Source: Chrysomallon squamiferum (Eukaryota; Animalia; Mollusca). Taken from it: DNA of 64,000 bases. Below, one piece after another: positions 50,026-64,000 of this stretch (positions are counted from its first letter, which is position 1; each line of letters begins with the position of its first letter). The DNA lies in the NCBI GenBank assembly GCA_012295275.1, contig CM022665.1, positions 2,666,001-2,730,000 of the forward strand, given 5' to 3'. Under the pieces are notes generated by a model that worked only from the letters and a program-made list of their open reading frames with translations, was not told the DNA's origin and ran no database searches. A program made the position numbers and the translations under genes.

Positions 50026-52884
50026 ATAAGACATAAATGAATAATAATATTCATATTAAAAGACAAATAAAGAAATTAAACCTATCTTTGTAAATTATAA
50101 CGTAGGACACACATTACAAATAAAAAAAAAAAACACATACCCTTATACATATGTGTTTGTGTTTGTATTATAAACCAGTCTTTCGTAAAGATTAAATTTT
50201 GGGATTAGTCTTGTCCAGTAATCGCAGGGTCTATGTTTTTATTTCTCTCGTGACAAAACTAACAAGAGAGAATAAAACAATCATTTATCTCATACACTAA
50301 CGTTTTAAATAGCTAATTAGGTACATTGTCGCTTTCGGATTTTGTTCCCTTCAGATGAAGCTCTGTTTCCCATTACCACTCTTGTAAGTGAATGAGTCTT
50401 TGTTAGAGTAATAACTGTCGAAAGAAAACAGCGTTACTTAGAAAGATTGGTTTGATGAAACTGATTCAGCGTTATAATAAACAGGAGAAATTTAATTACA
50501 CAGGAGAACGCAGATAATGGAAAACAAAGCACAAAATTTTTGTAGTGGAATTTTTTTTTTAGAGATAAAATAATGTTAATATGAACAAAAAGGTATATAA
50601 ATGTAAACTGTAATTAATTTTATTAATATATTTATGAGATCTTGGTTTTAAAATGAGGATAATAAATTTACTTTTAGTGTCAAGTTAAATAAAGCTATAT
50701 AAAATATATCCAGTGATATTGATTTGTAAGTTTAAAAAAAGAAAAAAAAAGAAACAGTAAATATAAGTAACAGCTTAACACGAATTTCTGTAGATTTGTA
50801 TAGGACTTAGAGCTGTAATTTGATTTGATCATTTCATAAACAAAATTATTATTATTATTATTATCATTGATATTGTTATTGTTATTATTATTTATCTTTA
50901 CTATTATTATTTTATTTTATTTTATTATTAATTTTTTCAGAGAGAAATAGCCCCATGCGTGAACTGATATGTGGTGAGACTTCATTACTGCTCTGTAAGC
51001 ACTGTCGTCCAACTCCCAGTTTCAACTTAACCCTAGAACATTTCTCAGCTACACGAACAGTCATAACCTAGACCATCTATCAACTGGCTCACTGAAAGGA
51101 GCGGTGTATGCTGTCTAACCCACGGAAAAATATATAATTATTTACGACAACTCGTTCTCTGTTATCAGACAGTTCGGTACGTAAAAATAAGCATGTTAAG
51201 GTACTTAAATTTCTACACACAATCTGAAAAAAACAAAAAACAAAAAAAATACAGTGCATTTGAAATTTGGGAAAATTGTTCCAAACTATCATTTCTTATG
51301 ATCAAACCGCAAATCTCCAGGGAGTCATTTTACTAACAAACCTGTCAGTCGTACTGCTCAACAACAAAACATAGCGCTTATCCAGAGCTTTAGAGACTGC
51401 AGTGTGAGACTTATTATTTTTTATTAGACAGTCATAAAACTGACACCTTTTACAATTCCTTTAATGACCACCTTTTGTCTGAACACGAAGACCACAAAGA
51501 CAAGTGAGTAAGTAAATGATACGGACATGACGAAATATCCAAACCAGTTAAAAATAAAATTAAATTCGTTTAGATTCGAGTTATCTAGTGATTGCTTGCT
51601 TTTCACTCAATTCAGAGACAGAACCAAGATTTCTGCAAAAAAAAAAAAAAAAAGTCCCTATCATACTGATGAAAGAAATTTGATTATAAAGGTAAAAAAA
51701 AGAAAAATGGTTTTGCAAACACTAACGAGTTGAGCTTGCAGCTTCTTGTCACAGATAGCGAAGACGTCACTCAGAGCTTTATCTCAGTACACACAAACTA
51801 GCTATACTCATTACAGACCTGAAACACAGTGACCAGATTTAACTCAGATGTTTGTTTCTTACGTTTAGTAAACTCCGTTTCATTTACAAAGGTTATCATT
51901 TTCGCATCTGTCCCATTGGTGTTTATTAAATATTGAGTGAACGAAACTTTGAAAACACCTCACAGGTAGCAGTTACAACGGTTTTAAGAAAAGAAAAGCC
52001 TAAAAAAAAAAAAAAAAAAAAAATAAAAATATAAACAAGAATACAAAAGACAACAACAACAACAGCACTACTATGGTTTATATTTAACAATGACCATGAA
52101 AGAAGAAATCTACTGTTGTCGCAGCACGGAATAACATCAACGTACAGTTTTGTATCTATGTTTCTATACACTGTTGCCGTCGTTGTGTGTTACTGTGTGT
52201 AATACATATTTGGTGAACATGGTTTTTTTAACGGAATCATTACGCTTGAAGAAATGACTGAATAAAATAACAGCATGACAGTGCATTAAAAACGAAGTGC
52301 AAAAACAGTGAAACCAAATAAAACCCTCGAAAGTATTTTGAAAATAAAATGAAAACAAACAAGCAAAAACTGTTACAGAAATAATATATATGCTGCCGGT
52401 TTTTTTGTTTTTGTGAAATGACGTAATTTCTAACAAAAAAAAATTAAAACATAACTTCAAATTTTCTTTTTGACATTAATATTCATAAATTCATCATGTG
52501 AAATTATCCACATTCCAATTATCTCTAAAAATATATTCTTTTTTGATGCATACAATACACTTATTGACTTCAAAAAGAAAATTTCAAGATGATTTTTTTC
52601 GCAGATATATAGTCTCTAAAAAAGAAATGCAGATGGACATTGCCTTGGCACTGACAAACGTGTCTAATGAATCAAAGCAAAATAAACAGAATGTTCACAT
52701 GTTGAACACACACTTGCTATGTCATTTATCTGTGGTATCACAGTTAAAAAATCAGCTGTATGTGATCAGTAGCTTGTGTTCCAACAAATCTTGAACTGTG
52801 TGATATGTCTTTAACTTCAGATTACACTCAGTGTAACAGAGTTAGTGCCAGTTGTTGAAGTCTAAGTCGACTGTCCAACTCTAC

Positions 52885-53000
52885 AGAGCCAGGACAGGAG
52901 GGGAATATTGCTGTTGTGTACGTATGCTGTTGTCAGTGCAGCTGTGTGTGGTTTCGCATTGTCATGCCTGAGTATGGGGTTGGCGTTAGTCATAATAGTC
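52885..53000 (-). pseudogene. Tc1/mariner DDE transposase relic
   Basis: Hand translation ILRHDNAKPHTAALTTAYVHNSNIPLLSW matches the Tc1 DNAxPHxA...I..L.WP motif; the following P.SPDLNPIE motif is missing. Confidence 0.7.
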
Positions 53001-53869
53001 TGTGCACTTCATCCTCTGACGTCGTAGTCGTCGATGTTGTTGAATTAAAATCACTCCTCTTACTTCAGCCTCGCGAATGCTGTTTCGCACTGTTAATAAC
53101 CAAGAAATCCTGCCATACAAATTAAGTAAATTATTTCATAAATCCTCACTCGTTTTATGAAATATGTCAATGAATAAAACCATACGAGTGTAATATAGCT
53201 TCTAAAAAAAATTTTATGGCTTGGTTTTATGCCAACGATGGCATCCAAATACTTAAAGATTTGAGCTAGGGCATGGTTGGGAATCGGTGGTCTAAGCCAT
53301 TTTCCTCTGGAAACTAATACTGCTGAAACAGTAGAGATTGCTGTAAGGTCCTTTGCTGTAGATGAAATATTGTTATATAACGATTTGGGCCACTGTGCTC
53401 ACAAGTGGTCTACGTGAGATAGTTCGGAACAAATATATTACTTGGGGATAAATGGGACGCCCGTGCTACGTCCGACCTAGATTCGCTTGCCTGTAGATGG
53501 CAGAAAAGGTACACAAAAAACCCTGAGTTTTCATAGCATGCTGCTCAGTTCGTGCACTTGTTCAAATATTAACTTGTTCAAACATGCACGAACATTTCGG
53601 AGAATCAGCACGATTGTGTATTTCGTATTAGCAGCTTTTTGAGGACACCAAATGAAATTATATCACATATTTTGTTTTTGTAAAAAAGATGTATTTATGT
53701 ATGTTTACCCTCATTTTCATTTATTATCATGTTTACAAGACTGACAGAAAAGCAAGTTACATGCGAAAAGCATATTCAATTCAGTTATTTAAAAACATTT
53801 TAATGAATTAATAACGATCAAACAGATCCTGCTTTAGAGACGTTTTTAGTCGATTTAGAAGATTTAGTC

Positions 53870-53932
53870 TGTGTCCAGAAATCCGGACAACCTCCGGTCC
53901 CAAGCTTACCGGATAAATGGTTCGGTACCTGT
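53870..53932. mobile_element. pogo/Tigger-like terminal remnant
   Basis: aaatccggacaacctccggtcccaagcttaccggataa...acctgTA resembles Tigger4/MER46-type ends (from memory). Confidence 0.45.
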
Positions 53933-55559
53933 ATCAATAAAGCAGTAATGTGTTTTTAATCAGAGTAGTTCTGTTGTAAACTGTTAAACAGTAACTGTAT
54001 TACTCGTGTTTATCCTGTAGCGTGTAGTCATTACTAACAAGTAAAAAAAACGTAATTATCAGGAGATTAATGAGAGCTAAGGAAAATATTAATCCCTGGC
54101 GAACAGCCCACGAGATCTGGAAAGGAAGTGCCATAACTCTCTGCTCGTTACATACATCCAGTCTCTCACGATCACGATGTATTTTTAGAGTTTTTATTTC
54201 CAAACTCAAATTTCTTTCAATTTGTCTGTCTGTGAGAAATGTTAAAAGTGTGAATTCTCAAGCGACGCATTTTTGACGTGTGGGGAAACGTGAGGATGTC
54301 AGTATGGCTTTGACAAGAACTTTCAGCCCGTCGAACTGTTGAACGTGCGCCTCTGATTCACGAAAACAGTTACGAAGAGTATTTTTTTCTTTCTTCGGTA
54401 ATAACATGCAAATTTCATCGTTATTTAGTTACCTGAAGTAACGATGTCGCTGTGAAAGATACACAAACTGATAACACTGTTATATCAGTCGCTGTGTGAA
54501 AACAGATCAGTGAAAACGCTAACAAACACGATACATAACAGTCAATTTACCACGACTTCTGAATAACACGAGTATTAACGTTTTAGTTAGTAGACATTAT
54601 TAAATTCAGTCACATTACGATAAATAATGATAGGCTAAATGAAAAAAGAAAGAAAAGAAAAAGAAAATCGAAAAAGATTTGAGATTAGAAAATATAAATA
54701 AAAACATCGTTCTTCTTACTTCCCTTAAAGCGACTGAACGAAGTTCAAATCCATGACAATAAGAGAACTGCCGTTTTAAGTAAGTTAAACTCGTATTAAT
54801 TTTAATACTTCGTATTCCGAGACCAGCTTTGCAGTGTGAAGTCCGCAACTGATAGTTCAATGTTCCCTGAAGTAAATTTTATATAACTTGGTTTTAACCA
54901 TTTATTTATGTCACTTACAGTCAGTTCTTAATATGCGCTGGTAAACGTTAAGTAAATATTTGATGTTGTCGTAATGATCTTGCTACTGATATATGTCTGT
55001 AATATACTCGCTGGCAGATCGTTCACTTAAGATTAGCCTGTAATTATCAGATAAAAGCAATGTCTGCCATCAACATCACACTGACAAACGTACATTATTA
55101 TCTATTCTGAAGCCAACTGAACACTCAGAAATTTGTCATCATAATCTTCAACATTTAAGTTTGTTCTCTCCTCATAATTCTGATACAAATAGAATCACTT
55201 TCCGTATACTGACTGTTCAAGCTACACATTTTTGTTAAATAACATTTTAAGAAGACAACATATTGGTTTTTAGTTTTCTCCCAGTGTTCATTGTCCTGCC
55301 AAATCTATTCGTGCCAGTAACTTATAGTTATAATTCTTAAAGTCATGTATATCAGTTATTGATAAGTTTTATTATCTGTAATAATAATAATAATAATAAT
55401 AAATAATAATAATAATAATAATAATATGCGGAAAAGAGAAATATTTAATAATGTGATTATTAATAAAGGTAAACTATATGCACACTGAATAAAGTTCAAC
55501 TCACAGCTTGTTTACAGTTATTATTTATTTTGAAATATGAATGGAAACAATAATTTGTG

Positions 55560-55818
55560 TAATTTCTCGTTTCGAGTAGCCGGAATGGGGGATACCTGAC
55601 TCATTGTTTAGAATCCACAAGTTAGATTTCATGAATGAAATTATTAAAAATATTATATAAAAAAAAAATCCTGCAGATTATCTGTATAAGGTGTATACAA
55701 AACATAAATCAAATCTGAGTTTAGGCTTATATTCTGTTCTTAGATTATATCCTTATAGTCCAAACTCCGAAACATTACAGTCCCGAACATTACCGATAAG
55801 GGGATCCTCAAACTGCAA
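55560..55818. mobile_element. Decayed Tigger4/MER46-like MITE
   Basis: Right end tccgaaacattacagtcccgaacattaccgataaggggatcctcaaactg resembles tccgaaacacttctggtcccaagcatttcggataagggatactcaacctg; the left end is poorly preserved. Confidence 0.45.
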
Positions 55819-56497
55819 TATTAAGAGCAGACGTGTGTTACTTTAGTTCTTTATTCTGAACGTGGCGATAAGGAGAAAGTTATAGACAGACAGACAGTTA
55901 ACAAAAATAGGAACTCTCCTTCGTTTGAGTTAGATTACTGTCTAGACCCATTACACGGCATTAATCTTCTTAATACACAACTGTCACATCTACTGTTCTT
56001 ATTTGTGTCTAACAGTCAGCACAAAACTTTTCTTCCTTTCTCATGAATGAATTAAATTAACATAAACGGTTTTATATTAGAGAGAGAGAGAAGGAGGAAG
56101 AAGAGAGGGAGGGAGAGAGAGAGACGGGGATAGGTGGAGCGGAGAGAAATTTGCGAAAAATCGGTTAGAAAAAAATTTAAAACTAGGTCACCTAAACTGA
56201 GACGACATCTTGTCACTGTTCATTCCAAACGTCTGCAGATTTTATATTTCAGTTTGAACCTCCGTACTAAATATGTGTCAACATGCTGACCCACTAGCCA
56301 GCAACACCTGTCAAAAATAAAACTCTCTTATTTTAAAAGTATTTACATTCCTTCCGGCTATGAAAGATCCTAAAAACATAAATACATTTTTTTCGTTTTG
56401 ATGATTGGATTTTTGAACTACATTAGGCAGATAAAACTCTTGACGAATTTAACTCCCTTAACGATAAAATGGAGTCAGTGTCTATTTTTTTTTCTTT

Positions 56498-56531
<34 letters not shown>

Positions 56532-57585
56532 TTTATACTTTCAGAACTGAATTACGAATTTTTTTTTTGTTGTAACTATAATCTGAAACAGTATTTATTT
56601 ATTTATTTATTTATTTTGAGAGTCGGATTACTGAAGGATCTGACCAATTGCAGGATGAATAATGTGGAGTCTACGTACTTCCTTGAACTAATAACAGTGA
56701 ACTAATATTAACTGCTTTAACTCGTATTCAGCATAGCAGTTAATTCTAAACACTGCGTTTCAGACAGATGCAGTTCTGGAAGTACATTACTACACACAGA
56801 CAGTAGTCACGAGTAAAACAAAAGAAATCAGAGAGAGAGAGAAAAAAAAAACTGAACATGTTTGTCGCATTGTTCTGTAGGTAAAGAGGGAATTGTCCGG
56901 CAGGGGTTATGTTTACAGAGTTTTTGTTCACGGGTTTTGTTCCATCTTATGTTTTTCTTTTCTTCTTCTTCTTCTTCTTCTTATTATTATTTTTTAACAA
57001 TATTCTATTCACTACCCTCATTAGACAAGCTAGTTGTGCCGCTGGGACGTATGTACGAGAACTGTTTATGATCCCAGCCCGAATTTGAAATAAATCTAAA
57101 CAGTCTCCGAGTGAAGAAAACTCGATAAAACAATTAAGATATGTATCTCTGTGTTTTCCATTAACAGCTCGGTGTCAGCTTCTAGTATTATATAATAGGT
57201 AACTGGCTCGTTAACTGCGTGAGTAACGCGTTATTTAGATTCCATTTATGTTTTGTATACAGCCTACACAGATCATTTGCAGGCATTTTTGTATAATATT
57301 TTTAATAATTTCATTCATGAAATAAAATTTGTGGATTCTAAACAATCAGTTAGGTATCACCATTCCGGCTACTTGCAAAACAGTTTTGGATTTCGGAAGT
57401 AAAATGATTAAGTTCGTATTTGCTGTTAGAAAGTATAACGTAACACACACACACACACACGTTTGTATGTATGTACGTAAAACAGAAAGAAAAAATAAAA
57501 TAAATTGCAGACTACATCAGTACATATTTATTAATTTATCATTACGAATTTATATATATTTAATGACTTTAAATATATATCTATA

Positions 57586-57624
<39 letters not shown>

Positions 57625-57665
57625 ATACACATACATACATACATGCATACATACATATATACATG

Positions 57666-57700
<35 letters not shown>

Positions 57701-57967
57701 ATAAAATACAGAGTCTTTCTACCTTTGATTAGTAAAGTACAAAATCAATTTAAATTTAGGTCCAGAAGCCTTTAAAATCTATTATTGGCTGGTAACAGCA
57801 AATGCGGAGAAATACAACATGAAATAATGTTCAGTAATTTCACACCATTTACATATCCTCTGAGACCTGCTCACACTGCAGCCTTCATTTGTCAGACGTT
57901 TTGTTTGTAATATAATGGTTTTAGTTTCTGAGTGTGAGCGTTGTAAACAAGCCGTTTATACTTACAG

Positions 57968-58007
<40 letters not shown>

Positions 58008-59057
58008 AAAAAAAAAAAATAGTTTCACCTTTAGTCGCTGAGATCTGTGACAAGTCAGACGTCACCTCTACTTTTTCTGCTCCCAGTTTATTATTTAGCC
58101 AAAACAAAAAGAATCCTAACAGACAACGAACATTATTTTTTGTAGGACATGAACACGCTAAACGAGATGTGATCATATGTTTGTGGGGTGAAAAAAAAAG
58201 AAGATAATAATAAAAAAATAAAAATGAATATATAAGTGAACGTTTCATCACTATATAGGTCTATGTTATTTATTTTATTTCTTCCTGTGTTTTAGCCGAC
58301 ACCAAAAGACACAAAACGGTACCGAGGATAACTACAGTGACTAGTATTTTGTGTTTGTAATTAAATTCTCTTCTCCGCTGGAATACAAATATAGCTATGA
58401 ACGACCTTGCTTTAACCACTGTGTCATCTGGGTCGACACCAACGACAAACCGTTATTTTATTTGTTATTTAGATATCCCTAAACACTGATTTTTTTTTTT
58501 TTTTTATACGTTTATCTTTGGTATTTTTATTTTATTTTCTAAGGACGTAAGAACTAAACTTTACGTTTTGCATCCGAACACATTTCAAAATAGTGCAACA
58601 TTTTATCATCATCATCATCATCATCATCATCATTTTATCGTTCCATCGAGAATTAAATTCAAATAAGCCTGCATAACCTATGGTTTATATTGACATAAAT
58701 GCAGAGTATTGATGTAGAATTTATATTATGGACATGAAACAGGCAAGTCTAACTGAAATTGTAAACTGTGATTAAAAATGTACATTTTAAATAACCTACA
58801 CATAAGAATCTGAAGCCGAGTTTTCAAAAGATTTAGTGAATTCAGACAATTTGGCCCATTGAAGACAGCTGTCAAGGAATAATAAATATAATCAGTTTTA
58901 AATTACCGTTTGTTGCGAAGTGCTGAATCTGACATAAATGTATTTTTTAATTTTATTAATGAAATTATACGGTGGTCTCTAAACGGTTATGGACGATGTA
59001 CACAAAACCCCTCAGGTAAAAGATTACTACAATATCAGAGAAAATGGTATCATATTT

Positions 59058-59104
<47 letters not shown>

Positions 59105-60729
59105 TAATTCATTAACTGAAAAAAAAAAAAAAAAAAATAATAATAATAATTACAAAAAAATATATAGAAAGACGTTTTATTGACTTTGGTTCGGCAACCA
59201 AGATAATTTGTTTTTAATTGTACATTCCGTTTCCTCAAGTCATTTTCTCATAATTTCCGTTTATTTGCCAATATACCATCCCAAATGTTATGTCGTCCGG
59301 CGAATTAATGGTAATGATCGACATAAAGCAGGCTGGGTGACTCGAGGTATTTGTGTTACAGACCTTCAAGTCCCAAAGGGATCGATCGCTTATTACCAGC
59401 ACCAACCATGTATATTAAATCAGTGCCGTCCCAGCCCAGCCATTCATCTCCTGCTTACACTCGCCTCCGACACACTATAAACAGTTTTGAAGAATTAAGT
59501 GACAGGTCATTTATTGTCAGATTTGGAAATCCGTTTATTACCAGTGAAGATGAATCGTAACTTCACTTCTGTATCTGTAAAACATTTTATTTCAATCATT
59601 TAAATGACAAATTATTAATTTTTATTTTTATTAATTTTTTTTTAGAATTTTTTTATTTTTTTTTTTTTTTTATTTTTTTAGCATTTTCTTCCTTCGTTAC
59701 CCCTTTGTTTTTGTTTTTTTATTGATTCATGTAATTGTTTATTTGTATTTATAAATTTGTTATTTTATTATAAACATTATTATTTTTATTTATTTATTTT
59801 ATTTTATTTTTTTTATATTTGTTATAATATTTAAGCGTTTTGGACTTTTTCTCAGTAAAAAACACAAAATAAACAAATTTATAAATAAAAAAATAAAAAA
59901 AAAAAAAAAAAAATAATAAAATAAATAAATTAAATTAAATTAAAAAAAAAAATAAAAAAAACCCCAAAAACAACAACAACAACAACCCCCCAAAAAAACC
60001 AGTCAACAACGACAACATCCACAAAAAATATGTTTAGCACTGGGAAAAATAAAATAGATAGAAATCTTGGAAACAAGCCTTAAAAAAAACGTACATTAAG
60101 GATTAAGACATTTGTTATCTTCAGTGAACAAAGGTTAGCTGAGTTACTCTGTATTTATTGTCTTAGGACTTACCTCTTATTAAACTGGTCTTATCGCTTT
60201 TTTTTTTTTTTTTTTTTTTTGCTTTTTTAAATATTTTCTTTACCTGGCGAATAAATAAATAATCTGAAAATAATGAGGTGAACAGATAAATCTGCAAAAT
60301 AGGAGTTAATTCGGAAACAAAACACAAATGTAGAAAAAAAAAAAAAAGAATTTTGTTTTAATACAATAATTGTTATGGATGGAAGACAGACGAACGGATG
60401 AATGACAGACGTATTTATCTACGTATGTATGTATCTGTCGTATGTGTGTGGGTATAACTACTGCAGTTTTGCGATGACCGACAACATTCCAAAAGAAAAG
60501 TATGTTTTATTTACCTGCTAAATCTCGCAGATTGAAATATTTCAAATTTCTTTCAAAGCAGTTCAAAGCCTGCAGGTACGGAGAATGACAATCTGTTTTT
60601 AATTAGTTATTTCAAGGGCCGGCGTACTTAAACATCTATTTTATTAATTATTTGCTTGAACTGGTTCGGAGTTCTAATTGAAGGTTATCTGAATAGAGAA
60701 ATGACTTATTTCAATTAAGTTTATTTTCG

Positions 60730-60761
<32 letters not shown>

Positions 60762-61453
60762 TATTAATTTTAACTGCATTCACAATTCATCAAGCACGCG
60801 CTACTGTGCGACTGGCAGAAGTGACATTTTGTTATTTCACGGACTCCACGTGAAAATAAATTTGACAAAATCAATACAAGACGGAACATTTTTTTTTTTT
60901 TTTTTTGAAACACCTCGTGGCACTATTAATACCCGAACGTCATCTCCAATTACTACATATAAAACATTATTTTGATCACATTTTCATTAAGTAATATTCA
61001 CATGTGGTAGAAAACTGGAGAAGGAGAAGACGTCGAGACCAATTATTCGTGTACGTCTCACGTAGTTCACATTCTCTGGTCGCACTCAGTATATATATAT
61101 ATATTTTTTTTTTTTTTGAAGAAAACATCTATAATAGGAAAAACTAGTTCTAACAGAATATGATTTTATAAATAGAAATCTTACATTAATGAGATTTTAT
61201 AGGTGTAAGCGTGATCTAATTTGTATTTAAGTGAAATTTTTTTTTTTTTTTTTTTTTTTTGAAAAATATATATCTGAAATATACCAGCAGTATTTTAAAG
61301 CAAATGAACGACAGAATCTGTCGGCAGAGACTATGAGATAGCATGTTAAATCATGAAAACATTAATAAATAAATAAACTCTGTGAGTCCCATGTTTATTT
61401 TGTCCCGAGTTCACTTCGTCAATCGGTAAATTGTAAATTGTAAGTGCAAAACG

Positions 61454-61752
61454 TACTACTACTACTACTACTGATATGTTACTAATATTACTATTACTAA
61501 TACGACGACTACCACCACTACAACTACTACAACCACGGCTGTTATGTCTCCTCCACTACTACAACTACTCACACTACTTACTATAATCATTATCATCTTC
61601 CAACTATTACTACTACTTCTACTGTTATCTACTAATATAACAATTACTACAACAACAACAACTACTACTACTACTACCACCACCATGGCTAGTACTTCCA
61701 TTATTACAACTACTGTCATTATTACTACAGCTAATATTACTAGCAGTAGTAG
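61454..61752. repeat. Cryptic (ACT/ATT/ACA)n trinucleotide low-complexity tract
   Basis: Direct reading; source of the poly-Val and poly-Thr ORFs. Confidence 0.85.
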
Positions 61753-62139
61753 TGTTGCAAAGTATTGTTTCTTTGACAGCCAGATAGATCTATTTTGCAT
61801 TATTCATCACATTTTAATAAACTGTATATTAATAAAGAGAAATAGTTATATGAGCTTCATTTCAGTGAGTCAGGGCTATTGTTAACGTTATTAAAAATAT
61901 CTGACGTTTCTAAGTGTATTTTTTTCTTCTTGTTCTTTTGTTTTTGTTTTACAACGATACGTATTAATCTATTTCCAGTATATTACGACAATTATTTTAT
62001 CTTTAAAACTACTACCTAGATCTAATGTTAAATATAGAATCTCGCGTCAAAAAGCATGCACGTAGTTTGGTAAATCGTAAAAATAAACGGCACGGCTTCG
62101 TTGAAGTACATGCCATCGCAGGTTGTAATAAAAACAAAT

Positions 62140-62179
<40 letters not shown>

Positions 62180-62502
62180 GAGATTTTGTTTTTGTTTTCA
62201 TATTTCTATTCGTTGGCGGCGTAAGACTTGATCGCTGAAAAACAGCGGCTCTATTTTAGCAGGTGCCACAACAAAGCATTATTGATAGCCGTGTACAAAA
62301 TAGAAATGCCTCTCTGTTGAGTATTCCTTTCAATGGCCCGCGATGGCTTTGTGATATTTGTAATGTTTATAAACATCGATCTAGATGCTGGTAATGATTT
62401 TTATTGTCAGCAGTGTCACCACTAATATTTTCTCTTTAATGTCCACTTATGAAAACGCAGCGAGCAAATCTCGCAAGAGCTATTTAGTCATTTTAAAATA
62501 TC

Positions 62503-62533
<31 letters not shown>

Positions 62534-62991
62534 TTCTATAAATGTTTTGGAAAAAGGATTGGTTGCAGTTTATAGATGAGAGATAACGATTCATTAACAG
62601 CTTCGAGATTAAATCAAATTAACTTATTTGTTTCGTGATGTTTTACATAAGTGCACAGGTAAATGTGAAAAATATACAATTGTTTTCTTGCTGTTGCAGT
62701 AATGTCACGGTGCAGTGTTAATGGATTCACGATTAAATATGTTTCAAAGAAATTCGTGTTGCATTAGCATGTTTTACTTATTTATGTTTTACATACCCCG
62801 CACTTGCTTCATTTGATTAAAAGATCAGTGATATTTCTCTTGTTTTTTTGTTGGTTTTTTTCACGAAAAGTTCACATTTATGCACGTTTTGTATTTATTT
62901 CAGAATAATAAATAAGATTTTGACAAGTGATTTTAAAATTAATTTGTTATCTAAAACCACGTATTAGCACTTTTTCTCATAATTTCTTATA

Positions 62992-63022
<31 letters not shown>

Positions 63023-63521
63023 AAATATACACTTAGTTTAAAAATAAAAAATAACAATTTTTTAATTTAGATAGATAAACATCCATTCATACTTCAATGC
63101 TTGAATACACGCACAGACACGCACACGTGCAAACTGTGTGCACCACTAACACATCGGCAACGTTTCTGTGTGTAGATCTTAGTACAAATAATATGCATAC
63201 GCACACACGCACGCACACACACACACATAATTGCACACAGGTCTGGAGATTGATTGGTTGATTCAGTTAAATTAAAATAAATCATATTTAACAAATTTAG
63301 TCTGTTAAAAGGATTTTTTGCAGATTAACTTAAAAGCAACACCCGTCAATAATGATACATACATTTCTTTTAATGAACTCCAGGCGAAATAACAAAGAGA
63401 TTATACCAGACTGAGAGAAAAGCTGAATTAATCATTCTGCTTCTTAAAACCAAGACGAAATAATCTCGTATACGCCACAAATAGCTTGAACTGACCCGCT
63501 ATTCATAAACCTTGCCACACA

Positions 63522-63787
63522 TACCTTAAAACTACAAATACTTCACAGATACTTTAAACTATACAAGTACTTTTCAACGACATATATTAAAAACCATAAA
63601 TACCTTAAAACTATAAATACTTTAAAACTACAAATACTCAAAAACTACCAAATACCTTAAAACTACAAATACGTAAACACTACAAATATTTTAAAACTAC
63701 AAATACTTTAAAACTATAAATACCTTAAAATTACAAACATCTTAAAACGACAAATACTTTAGCATTACAAATATCTTAAAACTTAAA
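63522..63787. repeat. 17-bp minisatellite, about 14-15 copies
   Basis: Unit tacYttaaaactaYaaa. Confidence 0.9.
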
Positions 63788-64000
63788 TTTCAAATTTAAT
63801 TACATTTATAAACCTTGTTACAAACAATTCCTTTCAGTTTAAAATTGTTCACGAACTTTGATGTACTTTTAATGTTTACAAACCTACCTAAAAAATACTT
63901 ATTTTAAGTTTAATATGTTCTTAAAACCTTGACACAGACAGCAAATTTTGCGTTTAAATGTCGTCGGTGATTAAAATTAATATTTGCTTTCCTAATCCTT

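Noticed and set aside
61468-61885. Membrane-protein-like poly-Val and mucin-like poly-Thr ORFs
   Set aside because: Both are readings of one trinucleotide low-complexity tract.

Overview
AT-rich, microsatellite-rich eukaryotic DNA, most likely an invertebrate (lophotrochozoan or mollusc-like; this is an inference). There is no prokaryotic content and no CRISPR. (1) 1-22379, minus strand: the 5' part of a HECTD1 E3 ubiquitin ligase gene. I traced 34 GT-AG exons by hand plus a candidate 15-nt microexon; all splice phases are consistent and give about 1933 codons. The HECT domain lies beyond position 1. (2) 22.4-28.1 kb: a divergent intergenic region with three or four MITE or Tigger-like DNA transposon relics, a cluster of CRE (TGACGTCA) motifs, and an intronless 124-aa orphan ORF with TATA/Inr and a seven-heptad zipper. 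(3) 33003-34035, plus strand: a GPB5 (glycoprotein hormone beta-5, thyrostimulin beta) gene with two coding exons; I found no GPA2 partner in the window. (4) 34.4-64 kb: apparently non-coding, with 28-, 26- and 17-bp minisatellites, microsatellites and decayed Tc1, pogo and RTE relics. The best novel candidates are the orphan zipper gene, the HECTD1 microexon, a template-switch hairpin in HECTD1 intron 2, and the unpaired GPB5 next to HECTD1.
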